A stretch of DNA of 32,000 nt, taken from NCBI GenBank assembly GCA_022646745.1, contig CP060262.1, positions 660,001-692,000 of the forward strand. Reading direction: 5' to 3'. Under the pieces are notes generated by a model. The model did no database searches. It was not told the DNA's origin and saw only the letters and a list, made by a program, of their open reading frames with translations. Below, one piece after another: positions 30,965 to 32,000 of this stretch (its first letter is position 1; each line of letters starts with the position of its first letter). The DNA comes from Planctomycetales bacterium. Its GTDB lineage: Bacteria > 4484-113 > JAFGCY01. The translations under genes and the position numbers were made by a program.

Positions 30965-32000
<1,036 letters not shown>

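Overview
GC-rich (about 60% by eye), densely coding bacterial chromosomal segment. I call 27 protein-coding genes (two cut by the window edges) and an adjacent tRNA-Phe/tRNA-Asp pair. I recognise no rRNA, CRISPR array, transposase, integrase, phage gene or known defence system.

Gene content, left to right:
- three secreted or lipoproteins, with dockerin-like repeats and SBBP/PKD domains
- ROK sugar kinase and PncC (CinA C-terminal domain)
- a small DnaJ-type zinc-finger protein
- AspA-like lyase, a lipoprotein, and an orphan AMIN/STN (PilQ N-terminus-like) protein
- BirA
- two tandem S9A prolyl oligopeptidases
- a DEAD-box helicase with a ~330-aa Arg/Gly-rich N-terminal tail
- a rhodanese / SAM-methyltransferase / metallophosphoesterase operon
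- YtxH-like protein, a single-domain response regulator, and the two tRNAs
- a coiled-coil hypothetical protein and a NodB deacetylase
- a tightly coupled mevalonate-pathway operon: fni, an HMG-CoA reductase::mevalonate kinase fusion, mvaD, mvaK2
- a DAACS transporter and atpC plus partial atpD

The window looks like ordinary core chromosome rather than an accessory island. Observations worth a second look:
- the single-ORF HMGR-MVK fusion
- a BirA whose biotinyl-AMP-retaining Arg (E. coli R118 position) is Thr
- a recurring class of inverted repeats whose arms are built from short tandem oligomers and which start right at stop codons, including an ~850-bp gene-less, hairpin-dense spacer between the transporter and atpC
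- a methyltransferase whose conserved N-terminus is reachable only from an ATA codon overlapping the upstream stop (ATAA)
- the RGG-like N-terminal tail on the helicase

All family calls rest on motif recognition by eye. No database search was run.
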